From: Chthoniobacterales bacterium
Lineage (GTDB): Bacteria; Verrucomicrobiota; Verrucomicrobiia; Chthoniobacterales; JACTMZ01
Assembly: GCA_018883245.1 (NCBI GenBank)
Contig: VEQL01000012.1
Location: 3,079 to 67,078 of the forward strand
Length of the DNA stretch: 64,000 nt
Direction: 5' to 3'
The position numbers and the translations under genes are program-made. Within the stretch, counting starts at the first letter, position 1, and each line of letters opens with the position of its first letter. Below are positions 53,124-62,523 of the stretch, piece after piece. Under the pieces are notes generated by a model that ran no database searches, was not told the DNA's origin, and saw only the letters and a program-made list of their open reading frames with translations.

Positions 53124-55671
53124 CAACCCAACACTCCGATCCACCGTTTGCGGCATCGCCGCGGTTCTCTGCCTCGCGACGATGGCGCATGCGGAGGATT
53201 TACCGCTCGAGAATCCCGATTTCGCCCAAGGCCTTGCCGGGTGGACCCAGATCGGCTGGGGCAATGACAATCCCGGCATGGTCTATTCCACCAGCCCGGG
53301 AGCCCACATCTATCAAACTGTGCCGTCCCACACCATCAGCGCGGACAAGCTGAAATACACGGTCAGATATCGGATCGGCTCGATGGACCCGGCGCGCGGG
53401 TGGGAGTTCCCCGAGATGACGGTCAATCTGGTGACGCACGTAGGCGGTGAGGGGTATGCGAACAAGGGGGGGCGGACCATTGAGGCACCCACGGAGTATT
53501 CCGGCGAGTGGCAGGAGAAAACCTGGACGCTGGATGCCGACACCGCAGGGAAAAGCCTTGCGGTCTCGTTCAACCTTGGCGACCGGCAGGAGGGCAATGT
53601 CGCCGTTCACCTGTATGAGGTGCAGATCGCCTGCGAGGCCAGACCTCCCCCTTTGTCCCTTCGCGCGGAGCGCCGCTGGCCTGCGGCTATGGTGCCGCAA
53701 CCGATCAAGGATGGCCCTTTTGCCGGGCTTTATCGCGAGGGCCCTCCCGGTGATGCCTCGGCGATGCGCGTGGATTTCGACGCCGAAAGCGGAGCCTTGA
53801 TCCACCTCGGCTTGGATACCGAAGGCGGCGGACGCGAGAAGATGAACCTGCTGCGCGAGCCGGCGTCGGTTTCTGCCGGCAAGCTTGCGGACGGCAAGGT
53901 GGCTTCGTCCGCGCCAGGCCAGGTGAAGGTGGATGCCGCGGGCACGGAACTGGATTGGAAGGCGGGAGTGCCCGAAGGGGGGCTGACCCTGACCGTCGCC
54001 GCTCCGGCGCAATCGACGGACGATGTGGAAGTCCGGCTGCCGCTGCGCCCCGCGCTGTCCGCTGTCACAGTTCTCGGCGGGCGGTGGGAGAGGGACGGCA
54101 CGGTGCACCCGCCGTTTCTGCTCAACGCCCCCGACCTCGGTCTGGTGCTGGTCAAGGCCACGCCCGCCGATGCCGGCACCGCCCGGATCCAGGGGATGCG
54201 GGATGGAAGCCACGGAAGCCGCAACAACAAGCTCGACTTATCCCTGATCTCGAAGGCGGCCGCCGGCAAGCCTGTGGTCTGGAGCTTCGAGCCCGTGCAG
54301 CTTCCGCCTCCTGAGGGTTTGAAGGAAACCGCGCTCTGGCCGGCCATCCGTCGCGGCTGGCTCAACGCGCTGCAGGCGACCGCCCCGTGGGGCGAAGCCT
54401 CCAGCACCGTCTCGGCTCCGCCCGGCCTCTATGCCAACAACGTGCTGAGCGACCTCGTGAGCGGCCTGATGCACTATTGGGGCGACGCGGTGCTTCTATC
54501 GCCGGCTTTGCCACAGGGCATCGAACTCAACGAAGCGATGCGCCGGACAGTGGACCATTTCCTGACCCGGACTTTTCCCATGGCGGCAACCAATCCGCGG
54601 ATGAAGCTCATCCGCAGCGAGGCGGAAATCGCGGCACTTGGAAATTCCACAGTCATGGTTTCCGCAGAGGCCGATGGGGCCGTGCCGTGCTACCACGACC
54701 ATATCCAGATGCTCGATGGCATTTCTGGCACGCTGACCGGTGCGTGGAATGTCTGGAAGGCGGACGGGAACAACCAATGGCTCGTCACGCGCTGGGAGGT
54801 GCTGGAAAAAATCGCCTCATTCCTCGAGCGCAATGACACCGATGGCGACGGTCTGGTGGAGTCCCCCAACAGCGGCAACGAAGGGACCTTCGCGATGGAG
54901 TTCGGTTCGGGCTCCAGTGCTTATGACACCGTCAACTCCGGCCACAAAGACGCCTTCATCAACATCCAGGTTTATCGCGCGTGGCTCGGATTGGCCGAGA
55001 TGGCGGAGGCGCTCGGCCACCCGGATCGTGCCGCCCACTGGCGCGAGCGGGCCGCCAAGCTCCGGGCCGCCTTCCTTCCGTGTTTCTACAACCCGGAGAC
55101 CCGCTGGCTCGGCTGGTGGCGCAGCCGGGATGGCGTCTTGCACGACTACGCCTCGCCGTGGATTACCGGCTTTGCGGTGAGAAACGGATTGCTCTCTCCC
55201 GAGGAGGGCCGGCCCATGTTGAAAAAGCTGTGGGCCAAGATCGATGAAGTGGGGTTCGATCGCTTCGACCTCGGAATCCCAACCACGCTCCTGCCCATCA
55301 AACCCGGCGACTACCACTACGGCCCGGGCGGCGACCGATCCGTGGCGTCCAATCCCTTCAAGCACTATCTGAACGGCGGGTGCTGCGTCAGCGACACGTT
55401 CCACTTCCTGGTGGCCTCCCACATGGCGGGTCTGGGCGACCGCGCCGACCGCGTGCTGGCCGCGATGCTCCAGCGGCAATGGGCGGGCGCGCATGAAAAC
55501 GGCGGCGGTTTCCAGAATGGGATCGGCGGTGGAGGCGAGTTTTACACATGGGACGGAACCCCTTGCGGCTACGAGGGCCATCTCACTTACAGCTACACCT
55601 TCCTGCAAACCGCCCTGCTCCGCGAACCCGCCTTGCGCGAACGCCTCCACGGCAAACCCAGCGTGAAATGA
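53116..55671 (+). CDS. secreted CBM-like + six-hairpin glycosidase-like protein (unknown GH family)
   Basis: 851 aa. Signal MIDNPTLRSTVCGIAAVLCLATMAHAE. N-terminal CBM4/9-like LENPDFAQGLAGWTQIGWG. C-terminal (alpha/alpha)6-like DTDGDGLVESPNSGNEG...INIQVYRAWLGLAEMAEALGHPDRAAHWRERAAKLRAAF. Confidence 0.5.
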   Translation: MIDNPTLRSTVCGIAAVLCLATMAHAEDLPLENPDFAQGLAGWTQIGWGNDNPGMVYSTSPGAHIYQTVPSHTISADKLKYTVRYRIGSMDPARGWEFPEMTVNLVTHVGGEGYANKGGRTIEAPTEYSGEWQEKTWTLDADTAGKSLAVSFNLGDRQEGNVAVHLYEVQIACEARPPPLSLRAERRWPAAMVPQPIKDGPFAGLYREGPPGDASAMRVDFDAESGALIHLGLDTEGGGREKMNLLREPASVSAGKLADGKVASSAPGQVKVDAAGTELDWKAGVPEGGLTLTVAAPAQSTDDVEVRLPLRPALSAVTVLGGRWERDGTVHPPFLLNAPDLGLVLVKATPADAGTARIQGMRDGSHGSRNNKLDLSLISKAAAGKPVVWSFEPVQLPPPEGLKETALWPAIRRGWLNALQATAPWGEASSTVSAPPGLYANNVLSDLVSGLMHYWGDAVLLSPALPQGIELNEAMRRTVDHFLTRTFPMAATNPRMKLIRSEAEIAALGNSTVMVSAEADGAVPCYHDHIQMLDGISGTLTGAWNVWKADGNNQWLVTRWEVLEKIASFLERNDTDGDGLVESPNSGNEGTFAMEFGSGSSAYDTVNSGHKDAFINIQVYRAWLGLAEMAEALGHPDRAAHWRERAAKLRAAFLPCFYNPETRWLGWWRSRDGVLHDYASPWITGFAVRNGLLSPEEGRPMLKKLWAKIDEVGFDRFDLGIPTTLLPIKPGDYHYGPGGDRSVASNPFKHYLNGGCCVSDTFHFLVASHMAGLGDRADRVLAAMLQRQWAGAHENGGGFQNGIGGGGEFYTWDGTPCGYEGHLTYSYTFLQTALLREPALRERLHGKPSVK

Positions 55672-55696
55672 GGCGGAAGAAGGAAAACCTCAACGC

Positions 55697-57547
55697 ATGA
55701 AAATTCTCCTCCTGCTCACCTCCGCGCTGGCGACATCCGGATTTTCAGCTTTGGCCGCCGGGCCGACGCCTGCGGCCGCCCGACCCAATATCATCCTGCT
55801 GCTCACCGATGACCAGGGATTCCCCGATGTGCATCGGCACGGGCACCCGGCATTGAACACCCCGAGCATGGACCGGCTGGCGGACGAGGGCATTCGCTTC
55901 ACGCAATTCCAGGTCAGTGGGGAGTGTGCGCCGACCCGGGCGAGTTTGATGACCGGGCGAAATGCGTTCAATGTCGGGGTCACCTGCACGTTTCTCGGCA
56001 AATACTATTTGCCCGAAAAGGTGCCAACGGTGGCGGAACTGCTGCGGGATGCCGGCTACCAGACCGCGATCATCGGCAAGTGGCATTTGGGCGAACACCT
56101 GCCTTCGCGTCCGCAAGACAAGGGCTTTGAATACACCTACATCCACAGCGGCGGCGCGCTGTGCGGACTTCAGGGCGATTTCTGGCAGAACAGCTACTTC
56201 AATCCGACGCATCTCAAAAACGGCCGGCCGCTGACCGCCCGCGGGTTTGCCACGGACATCCAGTTCGATGAGGCGATGCGCTGGCTGGGCAAGGAGCGCA
56301 ACCCGGACAAACCGTTCTTCCTGTATCTGGCCACCTCGGCACCCCACGGGCCCTACACGCCGCCCAAGGAGGCGATGCAGCGGTTTCTGGATCTCGGCTA
56401 CCACAAGGAAGTCGCCGGATTTTACGGGCTGATTGAAAACCTGGACCAGAACATCGGGCGGCTCCTGAACTATCTGGATGAGACCGGCCTCGCCACGAAC
56501 ACCATGGTGATTTTCATGGGAGACAACGGCACCGCTGTTTCCCACATGACGGAGTGGGGGCCGCTCTGGAACGCCGGGCTGAAAGGCGGCAAGAGCGCGG
56601 GCGACGAGGGCGGCACTCGCGTGCCCTGCTTCATCCGCTGGCCGGGCCGGATTCAGCCGGGTCGCATCAGTTCCGAGCTGGCGGCCCACTACGACATCCT
56701 GCCGACGCTTCTTGATATCGCCGGAGCGAAACACCCCGCGCCGGAATCGCTGGATGGCATCAGCCTGCTCGACCACCTGCTGCGGCCGGCCCGGCCCTTG
56801 CCCGACCGCGTGGTCCACAACATCGGCCATTTGTTCCTTCCGCCGACTCGGGATTTCGAGGGCGTGGATTACATGAACCGGGTCAGCGCCCGCACCAGGG
56901 ACTTCCGGATGTGGCGGCGCGGCGGGCTTTATGCGGTGCAGGAAGACCCGGGGCAGACCGTGAACGTTGCCGCCGAGTATCCCGAGGTGCTGAAGCGGCT
57001 CGAAGCCAGCGTCACCCGGTTTTGGGAGGCGGGCACCAACCAAGCACTGGCCCCCGTGCATATCCATCTGGGCGACCCACGGCAGCCGGTGGTCATGCTG
57101 AGCTCGGTGGACTGGCATCCGCTGCAGTCGGGCAAGGAAGAATTTGCGATTCAAAAATTCGCGTTTTGGATGGGGCAGGGGATTTCGCAGGAGATGCTCG
57201 ACTGGCAGAACAAGGGCCGGACTCCGAAAACGCTGGAAGCAAACAGGAGCCGGCTGAACGGCTATTGGAATGTGTTTTTCACCCGTCCCGGAACCTATGA
57301 ATTTCGCGCCAGCATCGTGCCGCCGGCCGTGCGCTCGATGGTCCACCTCAAGGAGGGCAGGGTCTGGCTCAAGGTCGATGGAAAGACCGTCGCCCAAGCG
57401 CCCGTCACCGCCGGAAGCCGGGAAGCCGTCCTGCGGTGGACGGTCGAGAAACCTTTCCGCGGCGAACTGCAGGTGGTCTGGAGCGGGCAACTCCCCTTTG
57501 AATGCGAACTGGGTGCCTTCATCTGCGACGTGAGCCGCGTTGAATGA
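55697..57547 (+). CDS. formylglycine-dependent sulfatase (type I)
   Basis: 616 aa. Signal MKILLLLTSALATSGFSALA. PNIILLLTDDQG and the C-x-P-x-R signature SGECAPTRASLMTGRN. Confidence 0.85.
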   Translation: MKILLLLTSALATSGFSALAAGPTPAAARPNIILLLTDDQGFPDVHRHGHPALNTPSMDRLADEGIRFTQFQVSGECAPTRASLMTGRNAFNVGVTCTFLGKYYLPEKVPTVAELLRDAGYQTAIIGKWHLGEHLPSRPQDKGFEYTYIHSGGALCGLQGDFWQNSYFNPTHLKNGRPLTARGFATDIQFDEAMRWLGKERNPDKPFFLYLATSAPHGPYTPPKEAMQRFLDLGYHKEVAGFYGLIENLDQNIGRLLNYLDETGLATNTMVIFMGDNGTAVSHMTEWGPLWNAGLKGGKSAGDEGGTRVPCFIRWPGRIQPGRISSELAAHYDILPTLLDIAGAKHPAPESLDGISLLDHLLRPARPLPDRVVHNIGHLFLPPTRDFEGVDYMNRVSARTRDFRMWRRGGLYAVQEDPGQTVNVAAEYPEVLKRLEASVTRFWEAGTNQALAPVHIHLGDPRQPVVMLSSVDWHPLQSGKEEFAIQKFAFWMGQGISQEMLDWQNKGRTPKTLEANRSRLNGYWNVFFTRPGTYEFRASIVPPAVRSMVHLKEGRVWLKVDGKTVAQAPVTAGSREAVLRWTVEKPFRGELQVVWSGQLPFECELGAFICDVSRVE

Positions 57548-57563
57548 GGAATCGCTCGAAATC

Positions 57564-57593
57564 ACTCAAACCATGAAAACTCAAACCATGAAA
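57564..57593 (+). repeat. perfect 15-bp tandem duplication containing the start codon
   Basis: ACTCAAACCATGAAA x2, giving two in-frame ATGs (57573, 57588) and the peptide MKTQT-MKTQL. Confidence 0.9.
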
Positions 57594-60194
57594 ACACAAC
57601 TGACTCTTGCCGCATTATTCGGTTTGTCCGCCATCTGCAGCGCATCCGGCGAGACATCTCCAATCGCGTTGAACGAGCGCTGGGCCGAACAATCCTTTGC
57701 CGCCAATCCCGCGCCGCTGTCGGGCCACCGTTTGGTCGTGGTTCGAAACGACGACCCGGCCAACGCTCCGGTCATGCTGAACCGTTCCGTGAGCGGGAAG
57801 GCGTTGCGCCTGGCGGACAAGACCTACGAGCGCGGGCTCGGACTCAACGCCCATGTCGTGATGCGGGTGACCTTGGAAAAACCGGCGACGCGTTTTCTTG
57901 CCGACATCGGCGTGGACCGCAATGCGGACGGGCAGGTGGCCTCGGTGAGGTTCCGGGTTGTTTCCGGTGGCAGGGAGCTGTTTGTTTCCGACGTTCTTCG
58001 TCCCGGCAGCCGGCAGAGCATCGATGTGCCTCTGGACGGGGCGACGTCCTTCGACTTGATTGTGGACAATGGCGGTGACGACCGGGCTTGGGACCAGGCG
58101 AATTGGTGCGATCCGCGCATCGAACTGACCGATGGCGAGGTCGTGTGGCTGGATCAACTGGCCCAACAGGGCGGTCCGCTCGGCGGCGTGCCGTTTTCGT
58201 TTGTTTATGGGGGCAAGCCGTCCTCGGAGCTGCTGCCGAAATGGAAGGCGGAGGAAAAAGTGGAGGAGGTGGACGCCAAGACGCGCCGCCGCACGCTGAC
58301 CTTCACCGATCCGGAGACGGGGCTGGAAGTGAAGGCGGTGGCGGACATCTACCTCGACACGCCGGGCGTGGACTGGACGGTTTATTTCACGAACAAGGGT
58401 GGGAAGGACACGCCCATTCTCGAGCAGGTGCGGGCGGTGGATGTGGCCATCAATCCTCCGTTGGCCCGTTCCGAAGCCAGCGACGGCAACATCACCGGAC
58501 TCATGAGCGTCGCGGACCGCTCAAGCAGTCTGACCACCAAGAACAATCCGATCTTGGGACGGCTTCACGGCACGATCGGTTGTGTCCGGTTCAACATCGA
58601 AGACTTCATGGCCTATGACGAGGAAGTGGTGGCGGGCAAGCGGATCGAGTGGGGCACGCCGAGCGCCTGGTCGTCCTTCCAGGAGTTTCCCATGTTCACC
58701 CTCGACTGGGGTCGTGCCGGTGTGGTGACCGCCATCGGCTGGACCGGGCACTGGGTGGCTTGCGTGGACCGCAGCGGACCTCAAATGCGTGTGAGCGCTG
58801 GCATGCGCAACCTGCGCACCATGCTGCACCCCGGCGAGACCATCCGCAGCCCGCGCGTGCTGCAGGTCTATTGGGAGGGCGGCAACCGCCAGATGGGCGA
58901 CAACCTGTTCCGCCGCACGATGCTGGCGCGCATTGTGCCGCAGGACGACAAGGGCCAGCCGGTCTTTCCGCCCTTTGCCCCTCCCACGTCGTCGTTCTAC
59001 GAAGGCAACAAGTCCACCGAAGCCAACGAGCGCAGCCACATCGACTCGTTGGCGGGCTTGGGTTTCGAGTATTACTGGCTGGATGCGTGGTGGATGAAAG
59101 GCGGCCACCCGCATGGCATGGGGCACTGGGGGTTCCCGATCGAGCGCGGCTATGATCCCGTCCGCTTCCCGAACGGCGTGAAGCCCGTCCGCGATCACGC
59201 CGCGAAGCAGGGCATGAAGTTCATCCTGTGGTTCGCTCCCGAGGAGATCTGGCCGAACACGGACCTTGCCAAAGAGCATCCGGAGTGGGTAATGAAGCCC
59301 GGCCCTCCCGGCCCCATCGATTTTACCAAACCGGAGGCGCGGGAATACATCACACGCTACATGAACACAGTCATCAAGGAGTGGGGCATCGATTGGTGGC
59401 GCAGCGATGGCGGCCCTTCGCTGAAGCATTGGACAGACAATGACACCGATCCCAATCGCACCGGCATGACCGAGATGCGCTATGTCGAGGGCTACTATGC
59501 GTTCTGGGACGCCATGCGCGCGGCCAACCCCGGTCTGATGCTCGACAACTGCGCCGGCGGGGGAACCCGCATCGACCTGGAAACCTCCTCGCGCTCGCTC
59601 GCGCTCTGGCGCACCGACAGCGCCGTGTGGAGCGTGAACGGCCATGTGCGCGGCAGCGACTCTCCCGCCAAAGAAGAAACGGCCATCCTCAACCAATCCA
59701 TCAACCATGGGCTCAATCGTTACGTGCCGTTCAGCACGTCAGGCACGGTCGGAGCGGAGCCGTATTACTTGCGAAGCGCGTTCAACGGCGGTCTCACGTG
59801 GTGTGAAGATGTCCGGCCCGCCGGTTATCCTCGCGAGTTGCTCAAACAGGGCGTCGCCGAGGGCAAGCGTCTGCGCAAATACCTGCTGGGCGACTTCTAT
59901 CCGCTGACCAAACCCACCGCGAGTGCCGAGCAATGGTGCGCGTATCAGTATCATCTCCCGGAGTCGGACGAAGGTGCGGTGTTTGTGTTCCGGCGCCACC
60001 AAGCCCCTTACTACGGCTTGCAACTGAACCTGCAGGGTATTGATCCGGACGGGGACTACGAGGTGACCGAGGCCCGCTCGTATTCCCCGGAAAAGCCCCG
60101 CCGCATGAAAGGCGCGGACCTGCAGCGCTACGGAGCCATCATCGAAGACCTGCCCGGTTCGCTGCTCATTGAATACCGCAAATTGACCAAATGA
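57573..60194 (+). CDS. secreted NPCBM-domain + GH36-like alpha-galactosidase-type enzyme
   Basis: About 873 aa. Signal LTLAALFGLSAICSASG. NPCBM-like module (YERGLGLNAHVVMRVTL...DNGGDDRAWDQANWCDPRIEL). TIM barrel with FEYYWLDAWW, IDWWRSDGG and LDNCAGGGTRIDLET...LWRTDS (GH36/GH27-type C-x-GGG-R motif). Confidence 0.65.
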   Translation: MKTQTMKTQLTLAALFGLSAICSASGETSPIALNERWAEQSFAANPAPLSGHRLVVVRNDDPANAPVMLNRSVSGKALRLADKTYERGLGLNAHVVMRVTLEKPATRFLADIGVDRNADGQVASVRFRVVSGGRELFVSDVLRPGSRQSIDVPLDGATSFDLIVDNGGDDRAWDQANWCDPRIELTDGEVVWLDQLAQQGGPLGGVPFSFVYGGKPSSELLPKWKAEEKVEEVDAKTRRRTLTFTDPETGLEVKAVADIYLDTPGVDWTVYFTNKGGKDTPILEQVRAVDVAINPPLARSEASDGNITGLMSVADRSSSLTTKNNPILGRLHGTIGCVRFNIEDFMAYDEEVVAGKRIEWGTPSAWSSFQEFPMFTLDWGRAGVVTAIGWTGHWVACVDRSGPQMRVSAGMRNLRTMLHPGETIRSPRVLQVYWEGGNRQMGDNLFRRTMLARIVPQDDKGQPVFPPFAPPTSSFYEGNKSTEANERSHIDSLAGLGFEYYWLDAWWMKGGHPHGMGHWGFPIERGYDPVRFPNGVKPVRDHAAKQGMKFILWFAPEEIWPNTDLAKEHPEWVMKPGPPGPIDFTKPEAREYITRYMNTVIKEWGIDWWRSDGGPSLKHWTDNDTDPNRTGMTEMRYVEGYYAFWDAMRAANPGLMLDNCAGGGTRIDLETSSRSLALWRTDSAVWSVNGHVRGSDSPAKEETAILNQSINHGLNRYVPFSTSGTVGAEPYYLRSAFNGGLTWCEDVRPAGYPRELLKQGVAEGKRLRKYLLGDFYPLTKPTASAEQWCAYQYHLPESDEGAVFVFRRHQAPYYGLQLNLQGIDPDGDYEVTEARSYSPEKPRRMKGADLQRYGAIIEDLPGSLLIEYRKLTK

Positions 60195-60310
60195 AGCAGC
60201 CAGACCAGCCGCTTTGCCTCTTGAGTTTGCGCGCTTGCGCAGGCGACCAGGCGGTCGCGCCAGATGCTCGGACCCTCCGCGGCGGCAGCCGGGCGGTTTG
60301 CATCGAGTTT

Positions 60311-62488
60311 ATGACAAGCTCGTTTCGATTTTGGCGAGGCGGAATGCTCTTCCTGGCCTTGACCCTGACCGGCAGTGCCCTGGCGGCGGACGCGCAAGCG
60401 TTGCTGCCCCAAAGCGTCGAACTTACCCGACGCTGGGCCGACGCCGCCTTCGGCGACCCCGCCACGGGGGCGCCTCCCACCGCGGCCTTCCCCTTTTCCT
60501 TCCTCTACGGAGGACGCCCTTCCTCGGACTTGCTGGGGAAATGGACCCGCACCCTCACCGAGGTCCAACCCGATCCCAGCTGCCGGGTGCGGACGCTCAC
60601 CCTCGCGGATCCGGAGACCGGGCTCACCATCGAAGCGCGCATCACCCTTTACCTGGACGTGCCCGGCGTGGATTGGGTCTTGCGGTTCACCAACCGGGGT
60701 AATCGGGATACGCCGATCCTTGAGGAGTTGTGCGCCCTCGACTCGACGCTGCCGCTGCCGTCCCCCTCGACCGTGGCTGACGAGCCCGTCGTCGGGTTGA
60801 TGGGCCTGGACGGCGCCAGCCCGCCGCCCACAAAGGCCCACGCACCCGAGCCCGTGCTGCGCCGGCTCCGGGGGTCCTTCGGCGGGCCGGTCTATGATCT
60901 GAGCGAATTCACACCCTTGGACGACCCTCTGCCGGTCGGGGCCAAAGTGTCCTGGCAACCGCGCGACAATCGGTCGTCCTTCCAGGCCTTCCCGTTTTTC
61001 ACGCTCGACTGGGGGCGCGGGGGCGTGGTGACCGCGCTGGGCTGGACCGGGCAATGGACCGCCACGGTCGAGCGTCGCGACCAGGCTCTGCGGGTTTGCG
61101 CCGGGTTGCGCAACCTGCGACTGAGCCTCAAGCCGGGCGAGAGCATCCGCAGTCCCCGCGTGCTGCAGGTCTATTGGGAGGGCGGCGACCAGTTTGCCGG
61201 TTACAATTTGTTCCGGCGCACCATGCTGGCCCGTATCCTGCCGCGCCACGACGGAGAGGTGCTGTTTCCGCCCTTTGCCCACGCGACTTCTTCGTTTGTG
61301 GAAAATAATAAAACGACCGAAGCCATCGAGCGCAGCTATATCGAATCCTTCAAAGACCTCGGATTCGAGTGCTACTGGCTCGATGCCTGGTGGGTCAAAG
61401 GGGGACATCCCAAGGGCTTGGGCCATTGGGGCTTTCCCATCACCCGCGGCTATGATCCGGTGCGCTTCCCCAACGGGATCAAGCCGCTGAGCGACCTGGC
61501 GCACCGTTACGGCCTCGATTTCCTTCTCTGGTTTGCCCCCGAAGAAATCTGGCCCGGCACGGACTTGGCCCTGGAACACCCCGAATGGGTGATGAAACCC
61601 GGCCCGCCCGGCCCCATTGACTTCACCAACCCGGAGGCCCTTGACTACATGACCCGCTACATGAACGAGGCCATCCAGGCCTGGGGCGTGGATTGGTGGC
61701 GCACCGACGGGGCCCCGTCCCTCCATCACTGGCAGTCTGCGGATCGGGACAACAACCGCCTCGGCCTCACCGAGATTCGCTATGTGGAGGGCCTTTACGC
61801 CCATTGGGACGCCCTGCGCGCGGCCAACCCCCGGCTCCGGCTCGATAATTGCGCGGGCGGCGGGCGGCGCATCGACTTGGAAACCTCGGCCCGGGCCTTG
61901 CCCTTATGGCGCACCGACAGCGCCGTGCTGACCATCGCCCGGGGCCAGCCCAACGACACCGCCATCTTGAACCAAGCCTCCAATCACGGGCTCAATCGTT
62001 ATCTTCCCTTGAGCCAGAGCGGCTGTATCGGCGCCCAGCCGTATTATTTCCGCAGCGGCTACAACGGCGGCATCACGTTCTGCGAAGACACCCGCCCCGC
62101 CTCTTACCCGCGCGAACTGCTGCGCCAGGGCATCGCCGAAGGCAAACGCCTCCGCCCCTACCTCCTCGGTGACTTCTACCCGCTGTCCGAGCCAGGCATC
62201 AGCCCCACCGTCTGGTGCGTTTACCAATACCATCGCCCGGAAAAGCAGGACGGGGTCGTCTTCGCGTTTCGCCGTCACGATTCACCCTACCCCAGCTATG
62301 AGGCCCGTTTGCACGGTCTTGATCCCGCAGCCACCTATGAAGTCGTGTGCTCGCCCAGCTACACCCCCGAGCCACCCCGACAGGTCAAGGGCCGGGATCT
62401 GGCCCGCCTGAAGATCGAGATTGATGAACTGCCCGGCTCCACGGTGATTGAATACCGCAAGATTGAAGAAAGCGTCCCCAGCCCATAG
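60311..62488 (+). CDS. secreted GH36-like alpha-galactosidase-type enzyme (paralog of the previous gene, no NPCBM)
   Basis: 725 aa from ATG 60311 (signal MLFLALTLTGSALA). An in-frame ATG at 60191 overlaps the upstream stop (ATGA) and is an alternative start. Same FECYWLDAWW / VDWWRTDGA / LDNCAGGGRRIDLET motifs. Confidence 0.65.
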   Translation: MTSSFRFWRGGMLFLALTLTGSALAADAQALLPQSVELTRRWADAAFGDPATGAPPTAAFPFSFLYGGRPSSDLLGKWTRTLTEVQPDPSCRVRTLTLADPETGLTIEARITLYLDVPGVDWVLRFTNRGNRDTPILEELCALDSTLPLPSPSTVADEPVVGLMGLDGASPPPTKAHAPEPVLRRLRGSFGGPVYDLSEFTPLDDPLPVGAKVSWQPRDNRSSFQAFPFFTLDWGRGGVVTALGWTGQWTATVERRDQALRVCAGLRNLRLSLKPGESIRSPRVLQVYWEGGDQFAGYNLFRRTMLARILPRHDGEVLFPPFAHATSSFVENNKTTEAIERSYIESFKDLGFECYWLDAWWVKGGHPKGLGHWGFPITRGYDPVRFPNGIKPLSDLAHRYGLDFLLWFAPEEIWPGTDLALEHPEWVMKPGPPGPIDFTNPEALDYMTRYMNEAIQAWGVDWWRTDGAPSLHHWQSADRDNNRLGLTEIRYVEGLYAHWDALRAANPRLRLDNCAGGGRRIDLETSARALPLWRTDSAVLTIARGQPNDTAILNQASNHGLNRYLPLSQSGCIGAQPYYFRSGYNGGITFCEDTRPASYPRELLRQGIAEGKRLRPYLLGDFYPLSEPGISPTVWCVYQYHRPEKQDGVVFAFRRHDSPYPSYEARLHGLDPAATYEVVCSPSYTPEPPRQVKGRDLARLKIEIDELPGSTVIEYRKIEESVPSP

Positions 62489-62500
62489 GCGAACTCCATG

Positions 62501-62520
62501 AAACACACAAAAACACACAA
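62501..62520 (+). repeat. 10-bp tandem repeat in the leader of the last gene
   Basis: AAACACACAA x2 read directly, inside a 9-codon uORF (ATG 62498, TGA 62525-62527) whose stop overlaps the main ATG 62524. Confidence 0.85.
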
Positions 62521-62523
62521 ACC

